This document shows, piece by piece, positions 1 to 13,357 of a DNA stretch of 64,000 bases. The position numbers were made by a program, and so were the translations under genes. The stretch's first letter is position 1; each line of letters starts with the position of its first letter. This stretch comes from Macrostomum lignano (taxonomy: Eukaryota). Below the pieces are notes generated by a model, which did not search any database, had not been told where the DNA came from, and saw only the letters and a list, made by a program, of their open reading frames with translations. The stretch is taken from assembly GCA_002269645.1 (NCBI GenBank), contig NIVC01001405.1:124001-188000 (forward strand), given 5' to 3'.

Positions 1-533
1 CTCTATTCTATAACGGTGCTTAAGCTGTCGGTTTGTCCATACTCGGCACTGTTTATTGTATAACCAGCTTAGTAATGCACTGCTGGCGCTTCGGTTCCGA
101 TAGTAAGTGTTATTAGTCTGCGAACGGGATTCCCGATCTTTGCCGAAGCGTTTACAGTTGAACTCATTTTTTGCACGCAGCACTCAGCTGTCCTGTCGGC
201 GAGCATTTTGGCTCCGGTTTATTTCTATCAATTTGACTTTTTGTCATAACAGACAAACTGTGACACACTGGATGGACAAAACTTGCTGTGATTGACTTTT
301 CTTTGCTAAGGCAAATCCACCCTTTCTGCAGCTTCTGTGTACCTGTTTAAAAGCAAGCTTACTTTTCTCGCCTTGGACTTATTAACCGCTTAATGACTTT
401 GCTTTTGCACTGTGTTTACTTGCTTTTCTCTGAGTTCGAGTTTGTTTTGCACTGTTTGTGGCTATGTGGAACCCTGGCGCACTTTAAGCGACATTGTCAC
501 ACAACCGGCGAGAGGCATTACTGCCCCCCCCCC

Positions 534-612
534 CTGAGCAGGCACACAAGCGCGCGGATACGTACGCAGTCACACGCACAGGCACAGACCCACACAAGAG
601 TGCACAGCGGCC
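534..612 (+). repeat. Short dispersed repeat; second copy inverted at 42483-42558
   Basis: CTGAGCAGGCACACAAGCGCGCGGATACGTACGCAGTCA...GCACAGCGGCC here versus the reverse complement of 42483-42558 CTGAGCAGGTACACAAGCGAGCGGGATACGTACGCAGTCA...GCACAGCGGCC; compared by eye. Confidence 0.65.
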
Positions 613-764
613 CTGAATGTATTTATGGTTAGGCCTTGGGCGTTAGTTGCACGAGCAGAGCCAAGCTGAGATTCCAATTTAGCCTCAAATAAATGCGACT
701 GCACTTGGAATCGAGCTTGGGACGCTGACCACAGGGCTCCGGCCCCCTCTTGTACACTGTTCCG

Positions 765-1010
765 CCTGTGTTCAGAGTGTCGCACTCACGACTGAAAGGT
801 CGAGGGTTCGATTCTCGGCTCCACTCGGAACAATTTGTGTCCTTGAGCAAGACACTTAACTCTGCATTGCTTCAGCTCACCCAGCTGTAAAATGGGTGCC
901 AGCATTAGCTGGGGTAATTGAGGGTGAGTGTGGCGACCCCCCCGTCCTTGGATAAGCTGTCGGTTGCCTCTGGCCATTAGCACAGGTGTAATTAATTGCT
1001 ATTATTATTA
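765..1010 (+). mobile_element. tRNA-derived CORE-type SINE (5' end degraded)
   Basis: Pol III B-box GGTTCGATTC at 805-814, followed by TGTGTCCTTGAGCAAGACACTTAAC...CTGTAAAATGGG (836-896), which resembles the MIR/CORE-SINE core; ends in a (TAT)n tail near 1000-1010. Confidence 0.7.
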
Positions 1011-1875
1011 TGGCCCCTACAAGCCTGCAGCTCAGGACAATGCTGGATATTCCTACTGTACCTACTGTTAGTAAAGTCTGGTGAATTTTTCCTTTAGCTC
1101 GCAGCTCGCACACGCCAGATGAAATGGCCACAGCTCGTACTGTAAGTAGTTGCGAAGCAAATTTTGCTTGCACTATTGATTTTTATTTATTAATGCGTCA
1201 CAAAACACGCAGCGCCTGCCAGCTGCTAGGATGAATTGAAAATCAAATAATTCCATAGTTTTACTTAATTACCTGTGCTAAATAAGACAATTTTCTGATT
1301 TACTGAGCCCAGCCGCCTTACTCAATTTCTATTTCATTGCACAGCTCTTAAAAGTACATCCGGACTCCCCGTGTTCCTAATTAACTGTCAAATTAGTTTT
1401 CCTAATTGCTTTTTGCTAACAGTTTATCACACACTGCAAACTCCTGTTTTTACCTTATCGCCTCTCCTTTGAATTTCTTACAGAATACTTTTTGTGTCTT
1501 TTCCCCACTTTTACTGATTAATAATATTATATTAAAGCTAGAATTTATTGCCTATCGTCGGCCGGTCGCTCAAGCAATAGAAATAGCTAGTTTAATCAAA
1601 ATGTAATACTTATTTGTGCTTTCCTAATAAATTTGAGCTAAATAAAATAGACGCGTTATGATAATATCTCTGATTTTTATATTTCGGCTTGAAAAGGATA
1701 CTCTTCGTTAGCTAAAACAGTTTCAGTGAGCAGAATTTTGTTTTTAATATCCGTTTTCTTGAGCAAACTACAGAGGATATTACATAAGGAAATCGTTCAA
1801 GCAGTTGGATTAGGGTTTTGGATAAGCAGGGTTTAGAAACGGGGTTCTTTTACATGCATCTTCGACTGCACCTCT

Positions 1876-2848
1876 TTCATATCCCCGACACTTCATATCC
1901 CGACACTTCATATCCCCGACACTTCATATCCCCGACACTTCATATCCCCGACACTTCATATCCCCGACACTTCATATCCCCGACACTTCATATCCTAGAC
2001 ACTTCATATCCCCGACACTTCATATCCTAGACACTTCATATCCCCGACACTTCATATCCTAGACACTTCATATCCCCGACACTTCATATCCCCGACACTT
2101 CATATCCCCGACACTTCATATCCCCGACACTTCATATCCCCGACACTTCATATCCCCGACACTTCATATCCTAGACACTTCATATCCCCGACACTTCATA
2201 TCCTAGACACTTCATATCCCCGACACTTCATATCCCCGACACTTCATATCCCCGACACTTCATATCCCCGACACTTCATATCCCCGACACTTCATATCCC
2301 CGACACTTCATATCCCCGACACTTCATATCCCCGACACTTCATATCCCCGACACTTCATATCCCCGACAATTCATATCCCCGACACTTCATATCCCCGAC
2401 ACTTCATATCCCCGACACTTCATATCCTAGACACTTCATATCCCCGACACTTCATATCCCCGACAATTCATATCCCCGACACTTCATATCCCCGACAATT
2501 CATATCCCCGACACTTCATATCCCCGACAATTCATATCCCCGACACTTCATATCCCCGACACTTCATATCCCCGACACTTCATATCCCCGACACTTCATA
2601 TCCCCGACACTTCATATCCCCGACACTTCATATCCCCGACACTTCATATCCCCGACAATTCATATCCCCGACACTTCATATCCCCGACACTTCATATCCT
2701 AGACACTTCATATCCCCGACACTTCATATCCCCGACACTTCATATCCCCGACACTTCATATCCCCCGACACTTCATATCCCCGACACTTCATATCCCGAC
2801 ACTTCGTATCCCCGACACTTCATATCCCCGACACTTCATATCCCAGAC
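1876..2848. repeat. 16-bp minisatellite (ACTTCATATCCCCGAC)n, about 60 copies
   Basis: Period 16 read directly; variants CCTAGAC and GACAATTC. Confidence 0.95.
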
Positions 2849-4362
2849 GCTTCCTATATCCGATGCTACATATTTTCCGACATTTTCGGGGGCCTGAGAT
2901 TGTGGAGATATTAAAACCCCTTATTAGGAATTACGGTTTAGGTTAGGGCTAGATGTCGGGTTAGGATTACAATCTGAGGATTCAGGATAAAAACTCGAAT
3001 TTCCTAGACTGCAAGAAATTGTACAAGCATGCATGACTCAGTACAAACGCGCTAGCACAGGGTGCATGTACACAACGTGCGTTGGCCTTCGGGGATCGGC
3101 CCTCGCACGGAAACGCACTTATTTGGCGCGAGAGTGTCACAGGTAACCACAGAGCTGCTCTAAGAAAACTAAGCCTCAAGTCCTGTCGAGAAGCAAGCGA
3201 AACCCCTGATGCCACAGCAGCGCGCAGGGGAGTCTCGCTCGGGCCCGGAGGCAGCAGTCGATCAGTCTGCTTCCACAGCTGGTGCGCCCTCAGTCCCAGT
3301 TCACAGAGTCCCGAGCTGCATTCGCATTTGCACAGCCCGAGACACCTGCTGGGAGCTGCGTGGACTGCGAGACCAGCTGTGGTCCCAGAGAGCGGCCAAC
3401 TGGACACCCCTGAGCACACCGGACGGTGTGATTGCGGGGTCGCTGGTGTCCGAGCGTTGGCGCCCTCCGGAACCGAAGCGAGAGGCTTCAGATGGAGAAT
3501 TGGCGACGCCGCGGACTTGAAAGCCGCGGCATTGACGAAGTAAGCGAGTTAGAGGGGACACTTGTTCTTCGACAGGACCCACTTCCAGTCGGTCATGGTG
3601 TCAGCCGACTTGCGAAAGCAGATCCAACTGGCCTGCGCTCTCCGCTTGGAGGCCTCTGAGCGCGCCGTGGCGGCCAGTTTTATGCCCTGGCGGCTCGCGG
3701 CTATTTTTAGCAGCGCGTCACAGTCAGGTTGATTCAGTGTTTAAAGTCCCAAAGCCAACCCCAATTGTCCAATCTGGCTGTAGTGTACACCCGAGCTATT
3801 TTTAGTGCCATTCTGTGTACACCCAACCCGCCTGTATGGGCCTGTCCCTGTCTCCCTTTCTTTCCCGACCTAGGCGTGATAATCTTTGCTGACGAAATTG
3901 AACAGAGCGGTTGTGCCAGAAGGGCGCACCGATGTGTAGACACTGTAGGGCCATGCTAGACAAGCCCGAAACCCAAAAGATCGTAAGTTTTGGTCAAAAT
4001 GACCCTGTTCATACAGACTGACTGATAGAGAAAAACTGACATTTTCCTGCTCCAAAAGAAAAGGCTTCTCTACCCACGCACTGACTCACCCCATCGAGCG
4101 CATTTCGATCGAAACGTGATATCTATCTTAAGGCTTGGGCTTCTTGGCTAGAATTGGCGCCCTTAGCGAGGGTTTCAGTCACTTCAAACCGCCAGTGACG
4201 CAACTTGCGCAACACTCTTATTTCAGTTGCCAGAGTCGCTTCTCGCTAAGGGGTGTTACGTTTAATTATTTGCAATCTTCTCGCTTATCTTTTTAATGTC
4301 TAAATGACATTTTCCAAATGTGCTAATTACTGGCGCCATTCAGCCACAGGATGTCCTGCTGC

Positions 4363-5283
4363 CAAGGCCGTCGCCATGGATTTTATGGTGGGGGACAAAG
4401 CCAAGAATTCAACATGTACATGACTAAATTTTGGCACTCATTTTAGCGCCTCAGGCACCCATTTAGCGCCGCAGGCACTCATTTAGCGCCGCAGGCACTC
4501 ATTTTAGCGCCGCAGGCACTCATTTTAGCGCCTCAGGCACTCATTTTAGCGCCGCAGGCACTCATTTTAGCGCCTCAGGCACTCATTTTAGCGCCGCAGG
4601 CACTCATTTTAGCGCCTCAGGCACTCATTTTAGCGCCTCAAGTCACTCATTTTAGCGCCTCAGGCACTCATTTTAGCGCCTCAGGCACTCATTTTAGCGC
4701 CGCAGGCACTCATTTTAGCGCCTCAGGCACTCATTTTAGCGCCGCAGGCACTCATTTTAGCGCCTCAGGCACTCATTTTAGCGCCTCAAGTCACTCATTT
4801 TAGCGCCTCAGGCACTCATTTTAGCGCCTCAGGCACTCATTTTAGCGCCGCAGGCACTCATTTTAGCGCCTCAGGCACTCATTTTAGCGCCGCAGGCACT
4901 CATTTTAGCGCCTCAGGCACTCATTTTAGCGCCTCAAGTCACTCATTTTAGCGCCGCAGGCACTCATTTCAGCGCCGCAGGCACACATTTTGGCGCCGCA
5001 GACACTCATTTCAGCGCCGCAGACACTCATTTTAGCGCCACAGACACTCATTTTAGCGCCGCAGCACTCATTTTAGCGCATCAGGCACTCATTTTAGCGC
5101 CGCAGGCACACATTTTGGCGCCGAAAGCGCTATATTTTTTTGGCGCCCTGAAGAAAAATTATTGATTACCACAACTCACAAGGTGGGTTGGGGGGGGGGA
5201 CAAAGCATTTGGCATGTCCCCCCAGAGCTTTTACTGGGGGGGGGACATGTACCCCCTGCCCCCCCCCCGTGGCGACGCGCCTG
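4363..5283. mobile_element. Non-autonomous hAT-type element (MITE) carrying an internal 21-bp minisatellite
   Basis: Exact 8-bp flanking direct repeat CCTGCTGC (4355-4362 and 5284-5291); imperfect 17-bp TIRs CAAGGCCGTCGCCATGG versus CAGGCGCGTCGCCACGG (13/17). An 8-bp TSD with CA...TG ends is typical of hAT elements. Confidence 0.8.
4433..5120. repeat. 21-bp minisatellite (GCAGGCACTCATTTTAGCGCC)n inside the MITE
   Basis: Period 21 read directly, about 32 copies, degenerate at both ends. Confidence 0.95.
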
Positions 5284-6191
5284 CCTGCTGCTCAAATTTC
5301 AGGACTTAGTTAGGCACGAAACAACCGATACATGTACGTAGATTGACACCCAACACCTCTATGGGGCGGACTTCATCCGATCCCTGACCGCATGACTCTA
5401 CTTCTCAGGGCTGCGTGCGTCGTTTGTTGTTTACTGCCGTAAACAATGCAAGAAGCTCACAGACAGATCTAGGAAAGCTATCCCATTGCTCAGCAGCTGG
5501 TTTCTGTAATACTCTGAGAATGGAGTGAAGCTGAGACGCGTGTCCAACCTTATCCCGCATCGCATATGAACACTGCAGCTGGGGCCATTGGGCAAACATG
5601 CGTCCTGCCAAGCCCCCAGCTGTACTCCCCCCTTGTGGCCCTTTGAAACTTCACAATAGCAATCCGACCCGTTCGATGTTTGTCTTCTCTGCTTTCTTCC
5701 CTCTTCTTGCTTTTCTCTCCCCTCTACTTTCTTACCCTCTTCTTCCCTGTTCTCTGATCTTTTCTCTCCACTCTTCTCTCTGCTCTTTTCTTCCCTTTAC
5801 TCTCTGTTCTCTTTTCTCCCCTCCTCTCTCTCCTCTACCATCTCTTTTCACCCTCTCTCCTCTCTTCTCTCATCTTTCCTCTCATTCTCCTCTCCTCTGG
5901 CCCGCAGCCATGAGCTGGATTATCTATTTGCACTAATAAATACGGTCAAGTCCGCAGCGCACTACTGCTTGCAACCAAAATCCGACAAGTAGTATCGGAG
6001 CCTATGTGTAATACATAACACTATGCATGAAGTACTGTAAGACGAGCTAACTGCAGTTTGGTAAATCTTAATTATTATCAACAATCAACGAAGTATCCGC
6101 AACAGTAGCAACAAAAACAAGTCTCAACGGTTCCAATTCACCTTTTCAAAACATCTCGTTTACAATTCGTCATCTTTCAAAATTCATCAAG

Positions 6192-7145
<954 letters not shown>

Positions 7146-7237
7146 CCAGGTACATTCGGTACCGCAGACATACCGCTCAGACACGGCCAGCAGGGCCAGT
7201 TCATTGCGATAAATTGCTGCATTTGATTGCATGTACT

Positions 7238-7243
7238 TTTATT
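7238..7243 (-). promoter_or_regulatory. Candidate polyadenylation signal (AATAAA) of the DGAT2/MOGAT gene
   Basis: TTTATT on the plus strand about 300 nt downstream of the stop at 7544, just ahead of the GATA array. Confidence 0.5.
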
Positions 7244-7543
7244 AATGAAGAGTCAAGAAAGCGCGGTCAACACAAAAGTTAAAAAGTGCAAGATATTCGC
7301 CTTCAGTAGACCAATGAACTATAAAAATCTTCACTGTGTACATGCACTCGATTCAGCTAATTAATAGAGCGCCTAAATTTAATTAGAATTTTATACTAGA
7401 TAGGTCCCAATCACATTGGTGACAGAATATTTACTAACTAGCTACTCACTACAAGTAGTCAGTAGAAAATCTAAGAAAGTTTCCCGGCTATTCAACTTTC
7501 CAATAGCGAGCCGCAGAATGAATGCACGAGCCGCACTCCCGGG

Positions 7544-9959
7544 TCAGACGAACTCAAGCCGGACGTCTTCCTTCACCCCGTGCTCAGCCTTGAACTCGTC
7601 GAACAGGTCGGCCAGCCGCTCCATGTACAGGCGGTGCAGCCGGTCCACCTGCTCAGCGCTGGGCTCCGGGCACTTCTCCACCGGGATTGGCGCGCCAACC
7701 ACCGTGGTGACCGCGTGGCGGTAAGGCAGCAGCCCGAAGGTGTAGTTGAACACGCCGCGGCCGTAGAAGAACGGCGGGGAGGAGCCCAGGGCGCCCTGGG
7801 GAGGAGGAAGAAGTTTTGAGGAGTTTTGATCTTGCCGTGTACACGCAGTGAATCCTTTTCTTAGGCTCACCTTGAAGATCTGCTGGAACGCTCGAACCCA
7901 GGACCCTGGCGGGTTGGCCGCCTGCCTGAACAGGTCGTTCTCGCCGAAGCTGAAGCAGGGCACCAGGTGGGCCCCCGTCTGCAGGGCCATCCGGGCGAAC
8001 CCTTTGCGCTTCAGCAGCGTCAGCTTGTAGTTGCCGGGCCTGGCGCAATGATTGAATTGAATTGCATTGCAGACAGAGCTAGTTCACTAATCATTCACAC
8101 CCGGCAAACCAGTTCACAAATCATTCACACTGACACTGAGTTCACAAATCATTCACACTGACACTGAGTTCACCAATCATTCACACCTGGCACTGAGTTC
8201 ACCAATCATTCACACCTGGCACTGAGTTCACCAATCATTCACACCTGGCACTGAGTTCACCAATCATTCACACCTGGCACTGAGTTCACTAATCATTCAC
8301 ACCCGGCAACCCAGTTCACAAATCATTCACACCCGGCAACCCAGTTCACCAATCATTCACACCTGGCACTGAGTTCACAAATCATTCACACCTGGCACTG
8401 AGTTCACCAATCATTCACACCTGGTACTGAATTCACCAATCATTCACACCTGGCACTGAATTCACCAATCATTCACACCTGGCACTGAGTTCACCAATCA
8501 TTCACCTGGCATCCAGAGCCTCCTGAGCCCCTCCGACCACGACTATAGCGGCATTTCCGCCGCCCTCGCGGCCGAGAATCCAGCGCAGGCTGCTCCTGCT
8601 GACGTCGCACACGCCCACAGACATGAAGTAGCCGCGCAGCAGCGGCCAGAAGAAGTTTATCCGCAGGGTCAGCAGGTACGGCTTGATGCCGGGGAACTTG
8701 GCGCTGAAGCCGGTGGCCTCGGTGCCGAAGTTGCAGAAGGCGCCGCAGCTGATGATGCCGTGCGGATGGTAGCCGATCAGGTAGTTGTGCGCGGGGTCCA
8801 GGTCGGCGGACTTCACCAGCCGGATGGGAAAATAATCCCGGTAGTGGCGCCACAGCGACCAGCGGCGCACGCGCTCGAGGCGCCGGCCGCCGCGCTGCGA
8901 CGTGTTGCAGTCGAAGAAAAAAATCCAAGCGACATAGGCCAGAGACAGCGGAGCCAGCGGGGTCAGCAGGGTCATCATGATGAACAGCACGCAGATGATG
9001 GGCATCACGGTGATGGACAGCAGCCACTGCAGCACCGCCAGAGTCTGCAGGCGTCGGCGCATCGGCGTATTGAGCGGCGCGAATTCGATGCCGAAGATTC
9101 TGAAGCCGCGTTGGCTCTCGGCCGGTTCACCTTCGCTGCTCTTCCTTTGGTCCGGATTTCTGCTTCTGTTCTCTGCTCTTTTGGAAGCTGACGGTTCAGC
9201 TTGGGTATGCGTCTCTTGGGAAGCCTTGGGAGTCTGGGTTTCAGGCTTCGATTCAGGGTCAGGCCTCTCTGACGGCTCAAGAGTCTGGGGTTCAGGCTTT
9301 GATTGAGGTTCAGGCTTTGATTGAGGTTCAGGCTTCTCTAACGGCTCAGGTGTCTGACCTTCAGGCTTTTCATTAGCTTCAGGTGTCTGACCTTCAGGCT
9401 TCTCAATAGCTTCAGGAGTCTGACCTTCAGGCTTGTCATTAGCTTCGGAAGTCTGACCTTCAGGCTGCTCAGTAGCTTCATGAATATGAACTTCAGGCTT
9501 CTCATTAGCTTCAGGAGTCTGACCTTCAGGCTTCTCATTTGCTCCAGTAGTTTGACCTTCAGGCTGCTCAGTAGCTTCAGGAATATGAACTTCAGGCTTC
9601 TCAGTAGCTTCAGGAATCTGACCTTCAGGCTTCTCATTTGCTCCAGTAGTTTGACCTTCAGGCTGCTCAGTAGCTTTAGGAGTCTGACCTTGAGGTTTCT
9701 CCCCAACATCCTGAACCTTAGCTTCATCACCGGACTCTCGCAGACTCCCATTAGACGCTGGCTCCACACGCTCATCAGCCCGGTCGCCGCTGCCCAGCTT
9801 CACTTCCAGCTGGGCCGACACGTCGACAGCTCCGATATCGACATTCAGCGACGCCGACTGCTGCGCCTTCTCAAACCCGACTTCGGCGTCGGCATTCAGC
9901 GGCAGTGGAGCTTTGAGATCCGCGGCGGCCGCGGTGGACAAACCAAACCCATTGGACAT
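7544..9959 (-). CDS. DGAT2/MOGAT: Diacylglycerol/monoacylglycerol O-acyltransferase (DGAT2/MOGAT family), 3 exons, 624 aa, with a roughly 300-aa N-terminal extension
   Basis: Exons 9959-8506, 8039-7871, 7795-7544 (1875 nt, phases match, GT-AG introns). Motifs IEFAPL...RRRLQTLAVL, RDYFP, catalytic YHPHG, GGAQEALDAR|PG, FSFGEND, FYGRGVFNYTFGLLPYR and VGAPI are characteristic of the DAGAT family. The paralogue cannot be assigned. Confidence 0.93.
8085..8512. repeat. 29-bp minisatellite filling MOGAT intron 1 (8040-8505)
   Basis: Sense-strand unit GTGAATGATTGGTGAACTCAGTGCCAGGT, about 14 copies, running into the exon end. Confidence 0.93.
9290..9705 (-). repeat. Coding 33-bp (11-aa) tandem repeat, consensus KPEGQTPEANE, about 11 units plus three 6-aa KPEPQ(S/T) units
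   Basis: Visible in the ORF 8502..9959 translation, in frame with the catalytic domain. Confidence 0.85.
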
Positions 9960-10472
9960 GGCTGATCTCGGGACTTGATCTGCAACAGGAGTTTTTCTCG
10001 CTCGCTGAAAAACCTGTCTGCGATCTGCTTTCTTGCCTCAACCCTGCCGAGAGCGCTTATCAAGCATGCCAGCCCGAGTGTACAGTTCAAAGGTCCATTC
10101 AAACTCAAGCAGGCCCGCCACCGTCCAGCGTGACCACTCGGCAACAGATAGCAGACACAGATAAGCTTTCTTTGTTTTTCTCTCTGACTCAAATCTGTCC
10201 CGGTCACAGGAGAGGTTTGAAGGCATGCAATTGCAGAATTGATTAAATCAGAGTTGGCTGGCTTATCCAATTCTTGACCGAGTCAAGGCGCTTGTACTTT
10301 TTGATTTAGCGTCTGGGCTCGCCAAGAAACCAGATGCAGTCAAAAGTTTGCGTAGTGCATGAATCTGAGCAGCATTTGGAGAGCATGGAGTGAAAACGTT
10401 CGACTCAGCCACCAGCAAATCAGAATTCAAATTCAGAAACCCTCGTCCAATGGCGAGTGATATTTTGATCGT

Positions 10473-13137
10473 CAATTGAATGCTGTCTAACTGAATGCTG
10501 TCTGTCTAATTGAATGCTGTCTAATTGAATGCTGTCTGTCTAATTGAATGCTGTCTGTCTAATTGAATGTTGTCTGTCTAATTCAATACTGTCTGTCTAA
10601 CTGAATGCTGTCTGTCTAACTGAATGCTGTCTGTCTAATTGAATGCTGTCTGTCTAATTGAATGCTGTCTGTCTAATTGAATGTTGTCTGTCTAATTCAA
10701 TACTGTCTGTCTAACTGAATGCTGTCTGTCTAACTGAATGCTGTCTGTCTAATTGAATGCTGTCTGTCTAATTGAATGCTGTCTGTCTAATTGAATGCTG
10801 TCTGTCTAATTGAATGCTGTCTAATTGAATGCTGTCTGTCTAATTGAATGCTGTCTGTCTAATTGAATGCTGTCTGTCTAATTGAATGCTGTCTGTCTAA
10901 TTGAATGCTGTCTGTCTAATTGAATGCTGTCTGTCTAATTGAATGTTGTCTGTCTAATTCAATACTGTCTGTCTAACTGAATGCTGTCTGTCTAACTGAA
11001 TGCTGTCTGTCTAATTGAATGCTGTCTGTCTAATTGAATGCTGTCTAATTGAATGCTGTCTGTCTAATTGAATGCTGTCTAACTGAATGCTGTCTGTCTA
11101 ATTGAATGCTGTCTGTCTAATTGAATGCTGTCTGTCTAACTGAATGCTGTCTGTCTAATTGAATGCTGTCTGTCTAATTGAATGCTGTCTGTCTAATTGA
11201 ATGCTGTCTAACTGAATGCTGTCTGTCTAATTGAATGCTGTCTAATTGAATGCTGTCTGTCTAATTGAATGCTGTCTGTCTAATTGAATGCTGTCTAACT
11301 GAATGCTGTCTGTCTAATTGAATGCTGTCTAATTGAATGCTGTCTGTCTAATTGAATGCTGTCTGTCTAATTGAATGCTGTCTGTCTAATTGAATACTGT
11401 CTGTCTAACTGAATGCTGTCTGTCTAATTGAATGCTGTCTAATTGAATGCTGTCTAATTGAATGCTGTCTAATTGAATGCTGTCTGTCTAACTGAATGCT
11501 GTCTGTCTAACTGAATGCTGTCTGTCTAATTGAATGCCGTCTGTTTAATTGAATTTTGTCTGTCTAACTGAATGCTGTCTGTCTAATTGAATGCTGTCTG
11601 TCTATTTGAATGTTGTCTGTCTAATTGAATGCTGTCTGTCTAATTGAATGCTGTCTGTCTATTTGAATGTTGTCTTTCTAACTGAATGCTGTCTGTCTAA
11701 TTGAATGCTGTCTGTCTAACTGAATGCTGTCTGTCTAACTGAATGCTGTCTGTCTAATTGAATGTTGTCTGTCTAACTGAATGCTGTCTGTCTAACTGAA
11801 TGCTGTCTGTCTAATTGAATGTTGTCTGTCTAACTGAATGCTGTCTGTCTAACTGAATGCTGTCTGTTTAATTGAATGCTGTCTGTCTAAATAGATTCTG
11901 TCTAATTGAATGCTGTCTGTCTAATTGAATGCTGTCTGTCTAATTGAATGCTGTCTGTCTAATTGAATGCTGTCTGTCTAATTGAATGCTGTCTGTCTAA
12001 TTGAATGCTGTCTGTCTAATTGAATGCTGTCTGTCTAATTGAATGCTGTCTGTCTAATTGAATGCTGTCTGTCTAATTGAATGCTGTCTGTCTAATTGAA
12101 TGCTGTCTAATTGAATGCTGTCTGTCTAATTGAATGCTGTCTGTCTAATTGAATGCTGTCTGTCTAATTGAATGCTGTCTGTCTAATTGAATGCTGTCTA
12201 ATTGAATGCTGTCTAATTGAATGCTGTCTAATTTAATGCTGTCTGTCTAATTGAATGCTGTCTGTCTAATTGAATGCTGTCTGTCTATTGAATACTGTCT
12301 GTCTAATTGAATGCTGTCTGTCTAACTGAATGCTGTCTGTCTAATTGAATGCTGTCTGTCTAATTGAATGCTGTCTGTCTAATTGAATGCTGTCTGTCTA
12401 ATTGAATGCTGTCTGTCTAATTGAATGCTGTCTGTCTAAATAGATTCTGTCTAACTGAATGCTGTCTGTCTAATTGAATGCTGTCTGTCTAATTGAATGC
12501 TGTCTGTCTAATTGAATGCTGTCTGTCTAACTGAATGCTGTCTGTCTAACTGAATGCTGTCTGTCTAATTGAATGTTGTCTGTCTAATTGAATACTGTCT
12601 GTCTAACTGAATGCTGTCTGTCTATTGAATACTGTCTGTCTAATTGAATGCTGTCTGTCTAACTGAATGCTGTCTGTCTAATTGAATGCCGTCTGTTTAA
12701 TTGAATGCTGTCTGTCTAATTGAATGCTGTCTGTCTAATTGAATGCTGTCTGTCTAATTGAATGCTGTCTAATTGAATGCTGTCTAATTGAATGCTGTCT
12801 AATTGAATGCTGTCTAATTTAATGCTGTCTGTCTAATTGAATGCTGTCTGTCTAATTGAATGCTGTCTGTCTAATTGAATGCTGTCTGTCTAATTGAATG
12901 CTGTCTGTCTAATTGAATGCTGTCTGTCTAATTGAATGCTGTCTAATTGAATGCTGTCTAATTGAATGCTGTCTAATTGAATGCTGTCTGTCTAATTGAA
13001 TGCTGTCTGTCTAATTGAATGCTGTCTGTCTAATTGAATGCTGTCTGTCTAATTGAATGCTGTCTAATTGAATGCTGTCTAATTGAATGCTGTCTGTCTA
13101 ATTGAATGCTGTCTGTCTAAATAGATTCTGTCTAATC
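10473..13137. repeat. 19-bp minisatellite (AATTGAATGCTGTCTGTCT)n with 15-bp variant units, about 2.7 kb, between PHTF and MOGAT
   Basis: Direct reading. Confidence 0.97.
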
Positions 13138-13357
13138 GATTGAAAAGCGATTGCTTAAATCAGCAAGAGGAAGGTTTACTTTTAATGACTGTCGTGATTT
13201 AATAAAAAGCTACGTGCGCAACACACTACTAACAGGCTAACATTAGCAAAAGTAGCAGTAAAACAAATTTTAGTCACAAAAAATGCCAATATAAAAAGGT
13301 ATTTTTAAGTCAAAATGCTTTTCATTGATTTTTATCACCTGAGTTACTCGGCAACAC

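Noticed and set aside
10-30. Similarity to the reverse complement of 42007-42026
   Set aside because: Under 20 nt and not colinear with the 534-612 / 42483-42558 repeat pair.
2933-2950. TTAGGG telomere-like sequence
   Set aside because: Only about two copies; not an interstitial telomere array.
3000-4060. GC-rich stretch with several short ORFs; possible retroelement C-terminal remnant on the minus strand (…ASWICFRKSADTMTDWKWVLSK*)
   Set aside because: No recognisable motif, no consistent splice chain; cannot support a call without a database search.
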